NCBI GenBank assembly: GCA_004431415.1
Contig: QPMI01000561.1
Span: 25,075-89,074 of the forward strand
Length of the DNA: 64,000 nt
Reading direction: 5' to 3'
Origin: Cyanophora paradoxa CCMP329
Taxonomy: Eukaryota > Plantae > Glaucophyta
Under the pieces are notes generated by a model that saw nothing but the letters and a program-made list of their open reading frames with translations, was not told the DNA's origin and searched no databases. Below are positions 46,609-59,119 of this stretch, in pieces. Every line of letters starts with the position of its first letter. Within the stretch, counting starts at the first letter, position 1. The position numbers and the translations under genes are program-made.

Positions 46609-47679
46609 TTATGTAGCAGTAACAAGATAACAAGAAAAATAGTATCTGATATCAAATTGAAGACTGGCTCCAGAAGAATTGCGTATATCAAAGGAGTCAC
46701 CTTCAATAACAGAAAGTAAAATTTCATATGAAATTGGAGTTACAAATGTATTAGAAATCCCTGCGGACGGCATTGAAACCCTTGTTTGGATGGTTGTAGG
46801 ATTTCCATTTAAATAAATGCTGGTAGCAATATGAGTATAAGAGGTTGTGCCAGCTCTCATACATGCAAAGAACACCCTATATACTCCGGAAACAGGAGCT
46901 GTAAATTTTGTGGATGAAAAGTTTCCTTCATTGTTTACAAGATAAGCTCCATTTATAAAGTTAAAGGGTGTTCCAGCTGTAAGTATTATGGACCCTGTCA
47001 AACCAGGAGCTTGTCTTGATATATTCATTCTTGGACAATAGGATCGTTTCAGACCACTATTTTCCGGGATTGTGATTGCTTTCAGATCTGTTATTGTCTT
47101 TTCGAGAGTGAAAATGGTATTTCCGTTTCGTTTATAATTCACATTTGCATCTGTCCCATTATCCATCTCAGGTGCATTAACTCTTGTTGTAGCTTTTCGA
47201 GTTTCAACGCTAACATTTCCCAAGAGTCCACCATTGAAGGTCATCAATCCTGTAAATGAACTTGTCCCATTCACATTTAATTGATTCGCTGTTACAGTCC
47301 CTGCAACATTTGCCCCATCTCCAATGTATGCTCCTCCACTCTTGACAACAAGAGCCGAATTATTTATTGTGTTATCGAAAGTTACTATCTTTGCTGTGGT
47401 GAATCCACCCACATTATCATACACTGCTGAATCTGGGACTACTTGACCTGCTTGAACTTGATTTTTATTCGAGATAATAATTCCTGTGGTTCTTATCTTG
47501 CCTCCATTTCGATCACATCGAATTTCTTTGACTCTGAGTATATTATTCTCTGTGAAAGAGGTATTACTTGAAGTTTCAGTGCAAATATACCCAGGTGTTG
47601 AATCAACTACTCCATGAGAGGTGCTATGAAGTGATTTGGCTGCAAGTTCATAGTTTGGGATTTCTAATAGAGAGGTCAT
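46609..47679 (-). CDS. Fibre paralogue 4 with C1q/TNF-like tip
   Basis: N-terminus close to paralogue 3; KFTAPVSGVYRVFF...GDSFDIR...FSCYLV; likely start MTSLLE at 47679. Confidence 0.7.
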   Translation of the reverse strand: MTSLLEIPNYELAAKSLHSTSHGVVDSTPGYICTETSSNTSFTENNILRVKEIRCDRNGGKIRTTGIIISNKNQVQAGQVVPDSAVYDNVGGFTTAKIVTFDNTINNSALVVKSGGAYIGDGANVAGTVTANQLNVNGTSSFTGLMTFNGGLLGNVSVETRKATTRVNAPEMDNGTDANVNYKRNGNTIFTLEKTITDLKAITIPENSGLKRSYCPRMNISRQAPGLTGSIILTAGTPFNFINGAYLVNNEGNFSSTKFTAPVSGVYRVFFACMRAGTTSYTHIATSIYLNGNPTTIQTRVSMPSAGISNTFVTPISYEILLSVIEGDSFDIRNSSGASLQFDIRYYFSCYLVTAT

Positions 47680-47698
47680 CTTTATAATTACGAAATAG

Positions 47699-50600
47699 TT
47701 AAATTGCGACAGCAATGTAATGAATTGTAACTGGAAATCCTGGTCTGTCAAAAGAACTTAATGGAACTATGTCAAGCTCACAAGTGAAATAGCTACTGTA
47801 AACTTGTTTAAGCCTAACATACATTCGATAGTAGTAGGCTGTCTCATTGTGTTGTATACCAGTTGTTACAATAGGAGGGTTAGCAAAGCTGCTGTTGAAA
47901 TTAATAGTGAGGTTAAACCTATGGTCAGGATTTGCCCAAAGATAAGGAGTAGTGTAAACATACGTTCCTGCTTGGATTTTCCCATTAAAATATGCATTGA
48001 GTTGACTGGAAAGATCTGCCTCTGTAATACATCGACTGATGGTCGCATTATTTGAGGGGTTCATAGCATAGAAATTTCTTGCATAGGCATTTCCACGAAC
48101 AAGTAAGGTTTTATCAAAGTAATTCTGCGAATTGTGGAAGAACCATGTTTCTTCAAACATAGGTCCTGCTGGTTCTACAATCTGACCTGATCCTACATAC
48201 ATTGTGTTGTTGGCTCTGATTGTGGTGGCTGTGAAAGGATCAAGAGTTGGTCTATTGGTCAAATCATTGTAGTTTCCTGAGAAAATTGCAGGTTTGTTAT
48301 AGATATCTGTATTCCAATCATGAGTGTGTGCAAAATCTGTAATCTCTGCCTTTGTGTGGGTGTGACCAACATATGCAACATTTCCAAGATCTGTAATCTC
48401 TGCCTTTGTATGGGTGTGACCAACATATGCAACATTTCCGAGATCTAATATCTCTGATTTAACATGAGTGTGAGCGAAATTCGTAATATCTGCTCGGGTG
48501 TGATAGTGTGCAAAATCTGTAATTTGGGACTTGGTGTGGGTGTGTGCGAAATCTGTGATTTCTGCCTTTGTGTGGGTGTGTGATCTATTATTAAGATCAA
48601 GGAAGCTTCCCGAAAATGCAACAGGATGCAGATTTGCAGCAGTAGGTTTATTAATGAGATCATTATAATCTCCTGTAAATGAAATGGTTTTCAGTTCACC
48701 CCTTCCTACATAATCAGAAGGTAGATCAATCTTGATGGGCATGATAGCTGGATCATCTGGAATCTCATACTCACCTCCTGGGTGAACCACAGGGAAGGTT
48801 TGATTGCTTTCAGTGTGGACAAAGAAATTGCATGCTGTTACTGTTCCATCAATAATCCCACCTGTGAGAGGGAGGTAATTTCCTGTGACTCCTATACCTG
48901 CAATGATTGTATTAAGTTCTGTTTCATCTATGTAGTTTTGGGCTTGCAGGTAATCCTCTGTGACCACTCTTGATATGGTCTCATTGTGAATATTCTTTGC
49001 TGCTGCCCTTTGATTAATTTCTAAAACTCCCTCACCCACTCCACCATTATAATTCGTTTTTATCCATGCCATCTCACATCTCTTATAGTCATCTCGATTT
49101 CCTATGAGAGCATCAGGTAACAGTCTCTCCCTGCTGAATATTAATTTTGGTCTTGAACCATCCAAATCACTCACATCAGTAACATTAATTTGGATTGCTG
49201 CATCTTTGTCATCATAGTTGACTGGATCAGATGGGAGTGGTGGTAATCCTGATGTCATTGGGATGTCATCAGCATAGTAACTTGTCAAATAAATACCTGG
49301 TTTGGTGTCCAATGCTCCAAAGTTTCCACCTGCTGCAATCATCTGCATTCTTGTAGGGGTCTGATGTATAATTCACCCTCCATAGTAGTCCCTGCATCAA
49401 TGCCTTTTCGATTTACATAATAGTCATTGAGTTGCAGCCTTTCAGGTATGGCATTGCTCTGGTAAAGACTCACACCATGTGAGAAATCTGTTAACAGATT
49501 GCCTGCAGATGCAAATTTGGGTTGCTGGTCAATTTCACCCCAAGGGTGTCTGTGATTACAGTTGGTGATCTGGGTATAATCATGAGTGTGAGTATCAGGA
49601 GGGAAGGTGATAGGTTTGTCCACAATATTTGACCAGGCATGTGTGTGATCATCTGGGGGAAAAGTCAATGGTTTGTCCACAATATTTGACCAGGCATGTG
49701 TGTGATCAAAGTCTATAATTTGGTCTTTGGTGTGAGTATGGCTTCTGATCCACCCATCCACAACATTTGAAGTTGGATGATGTGGAAGGTTTGCATTAGA
49801 TGTAACTGTAAGATAATCGACAGTGATATTGCTTGCATAAAGGTTACTTGTGTAAAGGTTACTGGTAACAGTTAGGTCCCCTGTGATTGTTCCACCAGTT
49901 TTGAGAAGATACTTTGATAATTCAAGAGCAAGTTCATTTTTCGTTACATAATTTGCAAGCATAGCAAGGGTAACTATATTCACAAGGATCACAGCAGTAA
50001 GGTAATCCTCTGTGACCACTCTCGAAATATTTTCATTGTGTATGTTTTTTGCAGCCATCCTCTGATTGGCTTCCAGAACCCCACCATAATCGGTTTTAAT
50101 CCATGCAAGCTCTGCCCTCCCATAATTATCATTTGCAGTTCCCACTATGGGAATATACGAATATTTATCTCTGCTGAATACTATCATTGGTCTTGAGCCA
50201 TCTAAACTGCTTACATCTGCTACATGAACCTGTATAGCAGAGTTGAAATTTTGGTAGGTTGCTGGGTCTGTTGGGACTCTGAATGTATCTGTGGGAATGT
50301 CAGCCTCCATGTAGCTTGACACAAAGATATTTGGTATGGTTGCTCCTGGTTCAGGTGGTGGATTATAAGAGCCTGGTAGTGTCCTAATATGAAGTGGTCC
50401 TCTCATAGCTGAATTCGCAAGTGTCCCATTCACATGAACATAGTGTTCATTCAAAAAGATTCTTTCAGGGACATTACAAGTCTGATAAAGAGAAACCCCC
50501 AAGTTATCAAGAGGCTCTACCTTTGCGAATTCTGGTTGGTCATTGATCTCATCCCAAATATGTTCATGTTTGCTTGGTGGGAACTCAGTTGGAATCCCAT

Positions 50601-52005
50601 CAATTTCACCCCAATCATGCCTGTGATCTTCTGGTGGATACTTCTGAGGTTTGCCTAAGATCTCATCCCAATCATGATTGTGATCCTCTGGGGGATACTT
50701 TGCAGGTTTATTATTAATTTGTTCATAATCAGGAAAGAACTCCCAGATCTCAGGTCGAAATCCATCTGGTAATAATTCCTCATGGGGTTCATAAGGTTGC
50801 TCATAATCAACAGCTGGTGGATCATGACCATCTGGTAAATACTCCTCATCAGGTTCATAGTTCTGTTCATACTCATATTCTTGTGGGTCAAAACCATCTG
50901 GGAGTATCTCCTCCTCATTGGGGTCAAACTGATCATACTCATATTCTTGTGGGTCGAAACCATCTGGTAAATATTCTTCCTCATCTGGAACGAATTGATA
51001 TTCATCAAGCTCTAATATATCGACTTCAGGAGGTAAATACTGCTCATCTATTTGCTTTCTGGGTTCAATTATAGGTTTATTGCGAACTTGCTCCCAACTA
51101 ACAATATTCTGCCCAAAGGCTACATCTTCAGTTGCTGTGTATTCTCTTCCAGGTTGCTTCTTTGGTGTTAAATCGGGTGGTCCATTGGGAAATGGAATAG
51201 GGAATGGGACAGTAGGTCCATTGGGACCATAATGCTCAATGATTTCCCTTAGAGTTTTCTCACTAACAAGCTTCTCTCCATTTGCATACACATTGCTGCC
51301 ATGGATATTTCGCCATTGCCTGGTTCTAATTCCAAGGTCTTTCACATTGCTATACAAAGGCAAAAGGTGCCTATCCATTTCGACTAAATCAGGATGTAAA
51401 TGGATTGCTACTGGTTGACTGGGGCTACTGTTGATTGTAATTGATGGCTTTTTTTGATGGACATCTTTTGGAGTAAAAAACCCAAAAGGCTCATTCCTCG
51501 CAAAGTCATATGTAATATCCTTGGGGTATACATCATTTGTGTAGGAGACCTGATTTGTGTTGGCAATGGGACCCACTTGCAATACTTGGGGGACCTCAGC
51601 TTTTGCAGTGCTGCCCTCATTGTAAATTCGCAAAGCTGTGTTCTGTTTGCCCTGCTCATCTTGAACATTGAAAATCAATCGACCACTATCGAACCTGGAA
51701 GGTATATCTGGGTGAGTGCCACTGGTTTTTAGTTTCCTAGGTCTCCTTCTTGTTGCTTTGATCTCTGCCACTTGGTTTGCTTTCACATTACCCAAACTAA
51801 AGGCTACACTGACATCCTCTTTATCTGGATCGGTTTGATTCACAGATAAAGCATGCTCCCTTGATTGAGTCTTTGATGAATTATCAGAGCTGTGGTCAAT
51901 TGAAACTGAACCCTTTACTTTAATATTATCAAAGTTCACATGCTTGGTGCTGCTTGCATTATCATCTTGAATGGTTTCTAGATTGGGTGGGTAATTGAAG
52001 CTCAT
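47699..52005 (-). CDS. Giant (~1430 aa) fibre/structural protein with His-rich tail repeats and an H-type-lectin-like C-terminus (one frameshift ~49345)
   Basis: KP..PP..H.H.W..I and HTHTKAEITD repeats, EEYLPDGFDPQEYEY repeats, an internal ~200-aa duplication spanning the ORF break, C-terminal INFNSSFANPPIV...IHYIAV. Confidence 0.7.
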
Positions 52006-52048
52006 GGCTTTTACTATATGGATTTATAAAATTCCTGATAAGTAAAAG

Positions 52049-53601
52049 ATGCCTCTCAAAGTAGTTCTCAGTTTGTCAGGGGGAGGTGCAAGGGGCATTA
52101 TCATAACCAGGCTGCTAAAAGAAATCGAAAATCGAACTGGCAGGAGAATAATCGATCTTGTGGATCTTGTGAGTGGAACTTCCACTGGTGGGATCATTGC
52201 AATAGGTTTGAATATAAGGCATCCTGATAGACCAGGTGAACCTAAACTGACAGCAAACGATTTACACAATATTTACCTAACTCAACTGCCTTTGATTTTC
52301 GCAAATCCTCGAAATATCATTGAAAATGCCCTATTTAACACAAAGTATGATGTGGGACCCTTGGAGACTGCAATCAATTCAGTTACTGGGGAATCACTAA
52401 TACAGGATTCCCTAAAGGACATTGTGATTACATCTTTTGATACTCAGAATATGAAACCAATATTTATCACAAATGATAACAATTACAACTTTATGCCCTG
52501 TAAGATTGCTGCTAGGGCTACTTCTGCTGCTCCTACATACTTTTCACCTGTAAGCATTGTTGATTTCAATCGGGGAGTATATGTCTGTCTCATTGATGGT
52601 GCCATTTCGGGAAACAATAATCCCAGTGTGTGTGGTTACAGCCATGCAAAGAAGATTTACAGTGATGATGATGACATTATAGTAATAAGTATCTCTTGTG
52701 GAGAGGTGGACCCACATTTAGAGTCTGATTATGTGGGTTATGCTTATGAGACTGTCAACAGCTGGGGCATTCTCTCATGGATTGCCTCAACAGATGGAAG
52801 CCCATTGATTAACATGCTCATGGCTGCAAGTGAGCTTTCTGCCCTTGATAAGATGGAGGAGTTGTTACCCTACAACTATGATCAGGATTATGGGAGATAC
52901 TATAGGTTATCAGTACCTCTTCCGAATCACATAGTAAGCTCCCTGGATGACACTTCTAAAATCCCAGATATGCTTTCTTTCACAGAAACATACATAGCAG
53001 CAAACAATGATATGATTAATAAGCTTTGCAGCATTCTAGTAGCAAACTATGAATTAAAGAACCCTACAAAGGCTTACATCTCATCCACTCTCACTACATC
53101 ACCACCTTTGGATGCTAATTGGTATCAGCTTGCAGATGATGCCTTCACTGCCTCATCCTCTGTGACTGGTAAAGAGCCTTTCATGGCTAGACCTTCAGCA
53201 TTTGGCTGGGAAGCTGGAGCCTATGCTCCTGAGCAGATATGGGAAACCCCACTGAATACCTTCAAGTTGCTTTTCCATATACTTTTGAACTCTCTTCTGT
53301 GATTGCCTATGGATCAGGGGACACCAATGCTTTTATTAAGACTTTCAATGTGGCAACATCCACTGATGGGATCAACTGGTCTTTTATTCGATCAGATGGG
53401 CAAAACAAAATATATGTCTGTGAGAACATTAACAATGCTCACAACTCAGGTGATGTGGCTCTATTGAGTGGATTTCCTCTCAGCATCAAGGATGCTTTTT
53501 ACATAGGTTTTTCTCTCAGAATTAAATATATTCGCATTTATCCCCTTGTGTATGTGAATGCTCCACAATGAGAGTTGACTTTACAGGTGCCTTTATTCGA
53601 T
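52049..53601 (+). CDS. Patatin-like phospholipase fused to an F5/8 type C (discoidin) domain (frameshifts ~53250 and ~53570)
   Basis: GGGARG, GTSTG, ATSAAPTYF, IDGA; then FTASSS...W...EYLQV...F.VATSTDGINW...KYIRIYP. Confidence 0.82.
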
Positions 53602-54524
53602 AAACTCCAACTGAAAAGAATTATCGATTCCATTCATATCAATCAGTTCACCAAAGTAATCTTTAAACTCAACTGTGAGTTCCCTTATCACCAGGTTTCT
53701 GTCATTTATCTGAATGAATTCTGCATGTTCACCACTATGGTAAACATAGCCACCTATATCCTTACTCAATTGCAATCTAAGGATTGCCCCTGGTTATGTG
53801 GTTGCGATTTCGGAATTATATTGTGTCTGCTGGCAAAAGGGGCAAGCTCTTTAATGTGCATGTATAGATACTGCTCAGCATTCATATCAGACATCTTTCT
53901 GCTGTCAAAATAATATTGCAAGGGCTTAGATGAGAGTCTGGGTCCTGAAAAGGTGGTTCCCCATGCTGGGTGATCAGGTGTAATAGGTTTGCCATCATAC
54001 TTTAACAGGTTCTCAGGTCGATAGGGTGATCCACCAACAGGAGGAGTGCTATAATACCCATTGGTGTATTCAGTAGAACTCACACCCAAAAGCTTCCCTA
54101 TTCTCTGGTTGCTTGCAATAAAACGAAACTCATGGTTACTGTAAAACTCCACTTTATAGGTAGTTGGGTTATAGAATATCTTGAACTCAAAAGCTACTGT
54201 TTTGCCTGCAATGGTTTGGAAGCTTGAATAGTTCAGCCCATAATTATAAGGGTGTGTTACCCCAAAATGACCCTGATTGATGTAGCCACTGGGAAGGGGA
54301 TACACTTGTTGTGTGATCACTTGGTTATATGAACCATCTTGGTAATTAAACTGAACTGTTAGATGATCAGTTCCCACACTGTTATAGATACTGTTTGGAA
54401 TCTCTGCATAGAGAACCCTACATTCCCTTGGTCTCTCTACTGGAGTTGTGAGGGTGACCCTGTAAGAGTTTTCATTTTGTCCTTGGCTTCTATCCCTGCT
54501 ATCAATATTAACGAGCCGGTTCAT
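53593..54524 (-). CDS. Minor capsid (penton) protein 1, frameshifted ~53770
   Basis: VNIDSRDR...AEIPNSIYN; YLYMHIKEL; ELTVEFKDYFGELIDMNGIDNSFQLEF. Confidence 0.85.
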
Positions 54525-54553
54525 TTTAATATATAAATATAGATAAAAGAAGA

Positions 54554-55564
54554 ATGCCTGTGGATTACATCGAGGTTAGCTCATTTAATACAATCTCTGG
54601 TGATGGTCCCACATCAAGCTTTGTGGCTAGACTCCCCAGTAGTTATGAGAATGTGAGGGCTGTGAGACTGGTCTCAGCCGAATTTTATAACAGCATCCCT
54701 ATGGTGAGTGGTGAAACCAAAGCAGGAGATGTCACAGTTGATAACACATTTAGTATTTATTATTCGGAACAAACTCCAGGAGCTGGAAGCTCAGGAATTC
54801 CAACAACTCGCCCAGCTGCTGATTTTGAACAATGGAAACAATTCATGGTAAATCGCGAGACCCCCATCCAAAGCCACCAACAGCTGGTGAATGTAATCAA
54901 CTCAAAATTCATTGGCAGAACTCCCCAACCATCCATTCGCTGCAAATGGGATGAGTCACTGAAACGAATTATATTCCACTCGGCAGTGCCTTTTTACCTG
55001 GCTTTCTCACTTGCTGTAAACCCAAGCCAACAAACAATCCAAAAGCTGTTGAGTTCAGCTAGACTGCTGGGTCTTGATCCTGGAAGATATGGTAACTCCC
55101 CAATCCAATCACAGGTCTATGATGCTCTCACTGATGGAATCTTTACTGATGGTCGAGTGAATGGCATTATATCTTCTTTTGAGCCTGAGAAGACCAGGGA
55201 CAGTGTTTTGTTTGTGAGAGTAAAGGAGCTGGGTGATCTGGTGCAATGTGGGGATGGTCTTCTGACTGGTTACTTTCACAAAATAGTGGTCCCTGATAAA
55301 GACTATGGTGAGCATGTTGTTTACAATTCAACAGAAGCTCACCCACTTTACAAATACTATAATAAAAAGGTTGGATTATCCACTTTCTCGGTTGATATTG
55401 TAAATGCTATTAATGAACCAATTGATTTTGAGGGTCAACCTGTTCATCTTACCTTTGAAATTCGCTATGGTGATGAGCCAGCTGGGGACCCAGTTTATGA
55501 ATACTTCAAGATGCGAATGTCACAGCTTCACCCTTCCTATCCAGTTATTACAAACTTCGCATAA
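54554..55564 (+). CDS. Minor capsid (penton) protein 2
   Basis: FVARLPSSYENVRAVRLVSAEFYNS; LFVRVKEL; FSVDIVNAINEPIDFEGQPVHLTFEI. Confidence 0.8.
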   Translation: MPVDYIEVSSFNTISGDGPTSSFVARLPSSYENVRAVRLVSAEFYNSIPMVSGETKAGDVTVDNTFSIYYSEQTPGAGSSGIPTTRPAADFEQWKQFMVNRETPIQSHQQLVNVINSKFIGRTPQPSIRCKWDESLKRIIFHSAVPFYLAFSLAVNPSQQTIQKLLSSARLLGLDPGRYGNSPIQSQVYDALTDGIFTDGRVNGIISSFEPEKTRDSVLFVRVKELGDLVQCGDGLLTGYFHKIVVPDKDYGEHVVYNSTEAHPLYKYYNKKVGLSTFSVDIVNAINEPIDFEGQPVHLTFEIRYGDEPAGDPVYEYFKMRMSQLHPSYPVITNFA

Positions 55565-55617
55565 ATTAAGGATCATTGGTAGATTTTTTATGTTGCAGTA
55601 TAATAAAAGAGAATATA

Positions 55618-56986
55618 ATGGATATCACTTCCACTCTTCAAAGACTTTCGCTGAAAGAAGCCCTAACAACCCCAGAAGAGGCGAAAGCCTTTTTCCTGGA
55701 TAACTCCCTTATGCTTGGTCTCGAATCCAAATCTAAGCCAGTTCTAGTTGTTGTGAATCCCAGCAATACTTTTGAGAATAATGTTGGAAATCGCATTTCC
55801 TTCAAGCTACCTCGCTACAATTTCTGTGGAAAACTCGAACTTGCTTTCGACCTTCCAGCCATCACGTTTGCTGGTGATACTGACCTAGTTCGCAATGGAT
55901 ACACTCGCCCAGTTGGTGCTTTAGTTCAGCGACTTGAAATTACCTATGGATCTTACACCTACCATATTCCATCTGATTTCCTTGCTCATTTCCCCTGGTC
56001 TATTATTCGGAGGATCAACTAGCTAAAAAGAAGCGATCAATGGGCATGGTTCATGGCATTCCTGCTCATGGAACCAACCGCCTTGGTGGCTCATTTTTCG
56101 TTGAAATTCCTGTGCCTTGGCTAAATCACTACCTTCCCTTGGTGCTTTATCTGGTGAAATGGTTGTTACTGTTTGGTTTAAGGATGCTGGAAAGGGTTAT
56201 GTTGAAACTTCCTATGGTGGTCGTGGTCTTACTGTTGCAGCAGATGATGTAGATTATTCAAAAGATGACGGTCTTGGAACTGCCCCTGCTGAAACTGTTC
56301 TGGCAAATGTTGGTCAAAACATCACAGACTTTACTCTTGGTGCAACAACCCCTGTCATTTCTATTACTTCTCCTCGCCTTTACATGCATGCTATTAATGT
56401 TTCTGATGAGCTTTTCGCTACTGTAATTGAAAAAGTAAAGACTACTGGCATGGCTATTCCCTCCCTTGATATTGGATTTGTAGATGCTAGTGCTTTCCCT
56501 GCCAAGGGCAATGCCCAACCCAATCGAATTAACCTCTCTCAAATCTCAGGTCTTGTTTATGCTCTGCTTGTTTCAGTTCGTGATAATGCAACTGTTGATA
56601 AATCCACTGGCTCCCACAGTGTTCTTAAGACCTATGCCAACTCCAAAGATATTACTTTCACTGTTGAAATTAATGGACAGCGACTTTATGCCACTGAGCC
56701 AATTTCCCTACTCAAAGGTGCTGAGCTAATTGCTGATGCCTTCAAATGCTCTAACATGGATAAGGTTGCTGATCGCTATGTCCTTTCAGGTTTAAGTTTC
56801 TGCATTGATGGAGAGAAGGCAATTCGAAATATTGCCCAGTCTGGTTATGTTGATTTAACAAATTCCTCCTCTTCATTCCTCACCCTGTACATGCCTTCAG
56901 ATAAGGTAATCGATGTTAATGTTCGCGCTCTCATGCATTCCTATATAATTTTGGACAAGGATGGGCTTCGTCGTATAAATTTGTAG
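55618..56986 (+). CDS. Double-jelly-roll major capsid protein (~455 aa, frameshifts ~56000-56120)
   Basis: Lies between penton and ATPase; beta-rich ISFKLPR, LVQRLEITYG, FFVEIPVPW, FTVEINGQRL, GYVDLTN, and a C-terminal YIILDKDG. Confidence 0.75.
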
Positions 56987-57051
56987 ATTGTGACGATATT
57001 CAGTCTCTCTGCATTATTTTTATCTGTACTTATTTAGAAAGATATACAACA

Positions 57052-57832
57052 ATGCAAGATCTGGAAGAATTTAATGCTGGTGAAATGATAGAACCCCCTT
57101 TCAGACTACTCATACTAGGTAAAAGTGGATGCGGAAAAACTGAAGCCGTAAAATATTATTTGAAACAGCTGCATGATGCCAAAAAGATTGATACAACCCT
57201 TATTATATCCGCTACCTCATTCTCACATTTCTGGACAAAGCTGCTACTGTTCAACTGGGTGCATGGGATCCCCAATACATGTCGAAAATTATAAAAGAAA
57301 GAGAGGCAAAAAGGGAGAAAGGAGAAGAACTTAACCATATGCTGGTGATTTTAGAGGATATGATAGAAAATGACCAGCTGGATCTCAGTCGAGATAAAAC
57401 AGTGGGAATGCTTTATGTTCGTGGCAGACATGTCAATATATCAATTATAACTATTTCCCAAAATTAAGAAAGGTCGCAAGTGTTATTCGCTGCAATAGTG
57501 ATATAGTAATTATGGTTTGTGCAAGCAATCAAAAAGAGCTGGAAGCATTTGCAGAGGAGTTTTCGACTTTTCCTCGCAAAGAAGATTTCTATCAACTGTT
57601 TGAAGAGTATGTCCACTCATATCAATTCCTTGTTTATACATCTTTCAAGTATAATGTGGGCTACTATGTTGATAAAGCCGATTTAGTTGGAGATTTCGAT
57701 TTTCCTCGCTTCCACAGGAAGCCCAAGAAGAAAGAAGATGAACTGAAACCACCAGAGAAAGAGGAAGCCCCTAAAGAAGTGAAAAGCCAAGTCCATAGCA
57801 ATAAATTGATGCGATATAAACGCGGTTTATAA
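57052..57832 (+). CDS. A32/FtsK-HerA-type DNA packaging ATPase (frameshifted)
   Basis: Walker A PFRLLILGKSGCGKT, Walker B LVILEDM, RGRHVNISIITISQ, IRCNSD. Confidence 0.9.
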
Positions 57833-57860
57833 AATTATCTCTCATTCTAATAAAGATACA

Positions 57861-58595
57861 ATGCCTCCCAAACGAAAGATAGGGATTCCAGCTGGGGCTG
57901 TTGGCTATTCAGGTGGTGGAAACAATGGATCCATTAATACTGAACCAATGAAATTCAATGGTATGAATGAGGTGAAGCCCTCACAGCAAGAAGAAGACCC
58001 CCTCAATGCTGCCTATGAGGAATCAGTTGATGACAAAGCCCCACAGGCTTCAACCAGTGACCAACTCAACATCTCACCAGAAGCCTCAAAAATGAAAGCT
58101 GTTGCTGAGGGTGCCAGGCGAATTATTGGGGCTGCTGATGACAAAGGTTTAGGCTTGCAAGATCTTTCACTGGCTCGCAAAGGTGAGGGTCTTAGTAAGG
58201 AATCAGACAAGGTAATTCAGTCTATGGCTGGTGAAGTCACATACAAGACTGCTCCCACTCAAAATATTCATCGAATTCCCAAGGCTCAATGGGATGAGAT
58301 GACTGCTAAACTCAAAGATCTGGAAGCCAAATCAAGTGCCTTGGAGCAGTATGTTACTGAGAAGAAAGAGAGATCCAAGCTAAAGGAGATGCTTCGAAAG
58401 GAAGTTTATAAAATGGGCATTACTGGTGTCCCAGATAAACAGTTTATTGCTAAGAAAGAGAACCAAATTGATGAGCAGGCAGTAGATGAAATGAAAACAA
58501 AGACCCAGAAGGGAACTATTGAACCTGGTGCCACCAAAGCTGAAGTCGAAAAGGGAGTAGCCCCAACAGTATATAAAAGACGAGTTTGGCTTTAA
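57861..58595 (+). CDS. Hypothetical charged/coiled-coil viral protein
   Basis: Intact 244-aa ORF with an AT-rich upstream motif. Confidence 0.6.
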   Translation: MPPKRKIGIPAGAVGYSGGGNNGSINTEPMKFNGMNEVKPSQQEEDPLNAAYEESVDDKAPQASTSDQLNISPEASKMKAVAEGARRIIGAADDKGLGLQDLSLARKGEGLSKESDKVIQSMAGEVTYKTAPTQNIHRIPKAQWDEMTAKLKDLEAKSSALEQYVTEKKERSKLKEMLRKEVYKMGITGVPDKQFIAKKENQIDEQAVDEMKTKTQKGTIEPGATKAEVEKGVAPTVYKRRVWL

Positions 58596-58617
58596 TTTTC
58601 TCTGTTTTATTAGAGAC

Positions 58618-59119
58618 ATGGATATAATACGAAAGTTTATTGAGATGCTCAGTCTGCATGTGGTGAGCAATTGCCACAGTGGATGCTGTGACACAACAAT
58701 AGAGTTTGAGATGTCAGATACTGAGGATAATGTATCTGAGGCAAGAGAGAGAAGGAGATCAACAGTTTCAGTGGAGTCAATGCCAGCAGACCCCACAGAG
58801 TATACATATGAGCAACAGGAGTATCCAAGGAGAAGTTCTTTACCAGGCGAAAACGTTTTCTCAGCAAATATTAATGGAGGATACAATTAGTTTGATCGAG
58901 TTTACTAGTGATGAGCCTTTAACTGAGGGTGCTATTAGACACATTCTAGCAAAGCAGAAACGATATAGAGAGGACCCAGCATATAGAGAGTATAAGAAAC
59001 AACAAGCCCTGGCATCCTATTATCGCAGAAAAGCCCAAAAAGAGGAGCAGAGACCCAGAGGGAGACCGATTAAATATTATTTGCCTACTGATAGTAGCAA
59101 TGGACCCACAGGTCTATAA
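58618..59119 (+). CDS. Hypothetical protein with C-terminal basic helix and AT-hook (probably one frameshifted ORF)
   Basis: KRYREDPAYREYKKQQALASYYRRK...RPRGRPIKY. Confidence 0.55.

Noticed and set aside
43522-47679. Diversity-generating retroelement (RT nearby plus variable fibre tips)
   Set aside because: The RT is a LINE enzyme bounded by its own TSD, and I see no TR/VR pair differing only at adenines.
48300-48585. Regular 33-60 bp repeats in the viral region as a CRISPR-like array
   Set aside because: They are in-frame coding repeats (HTHTKAEITD) of the fibre gene.
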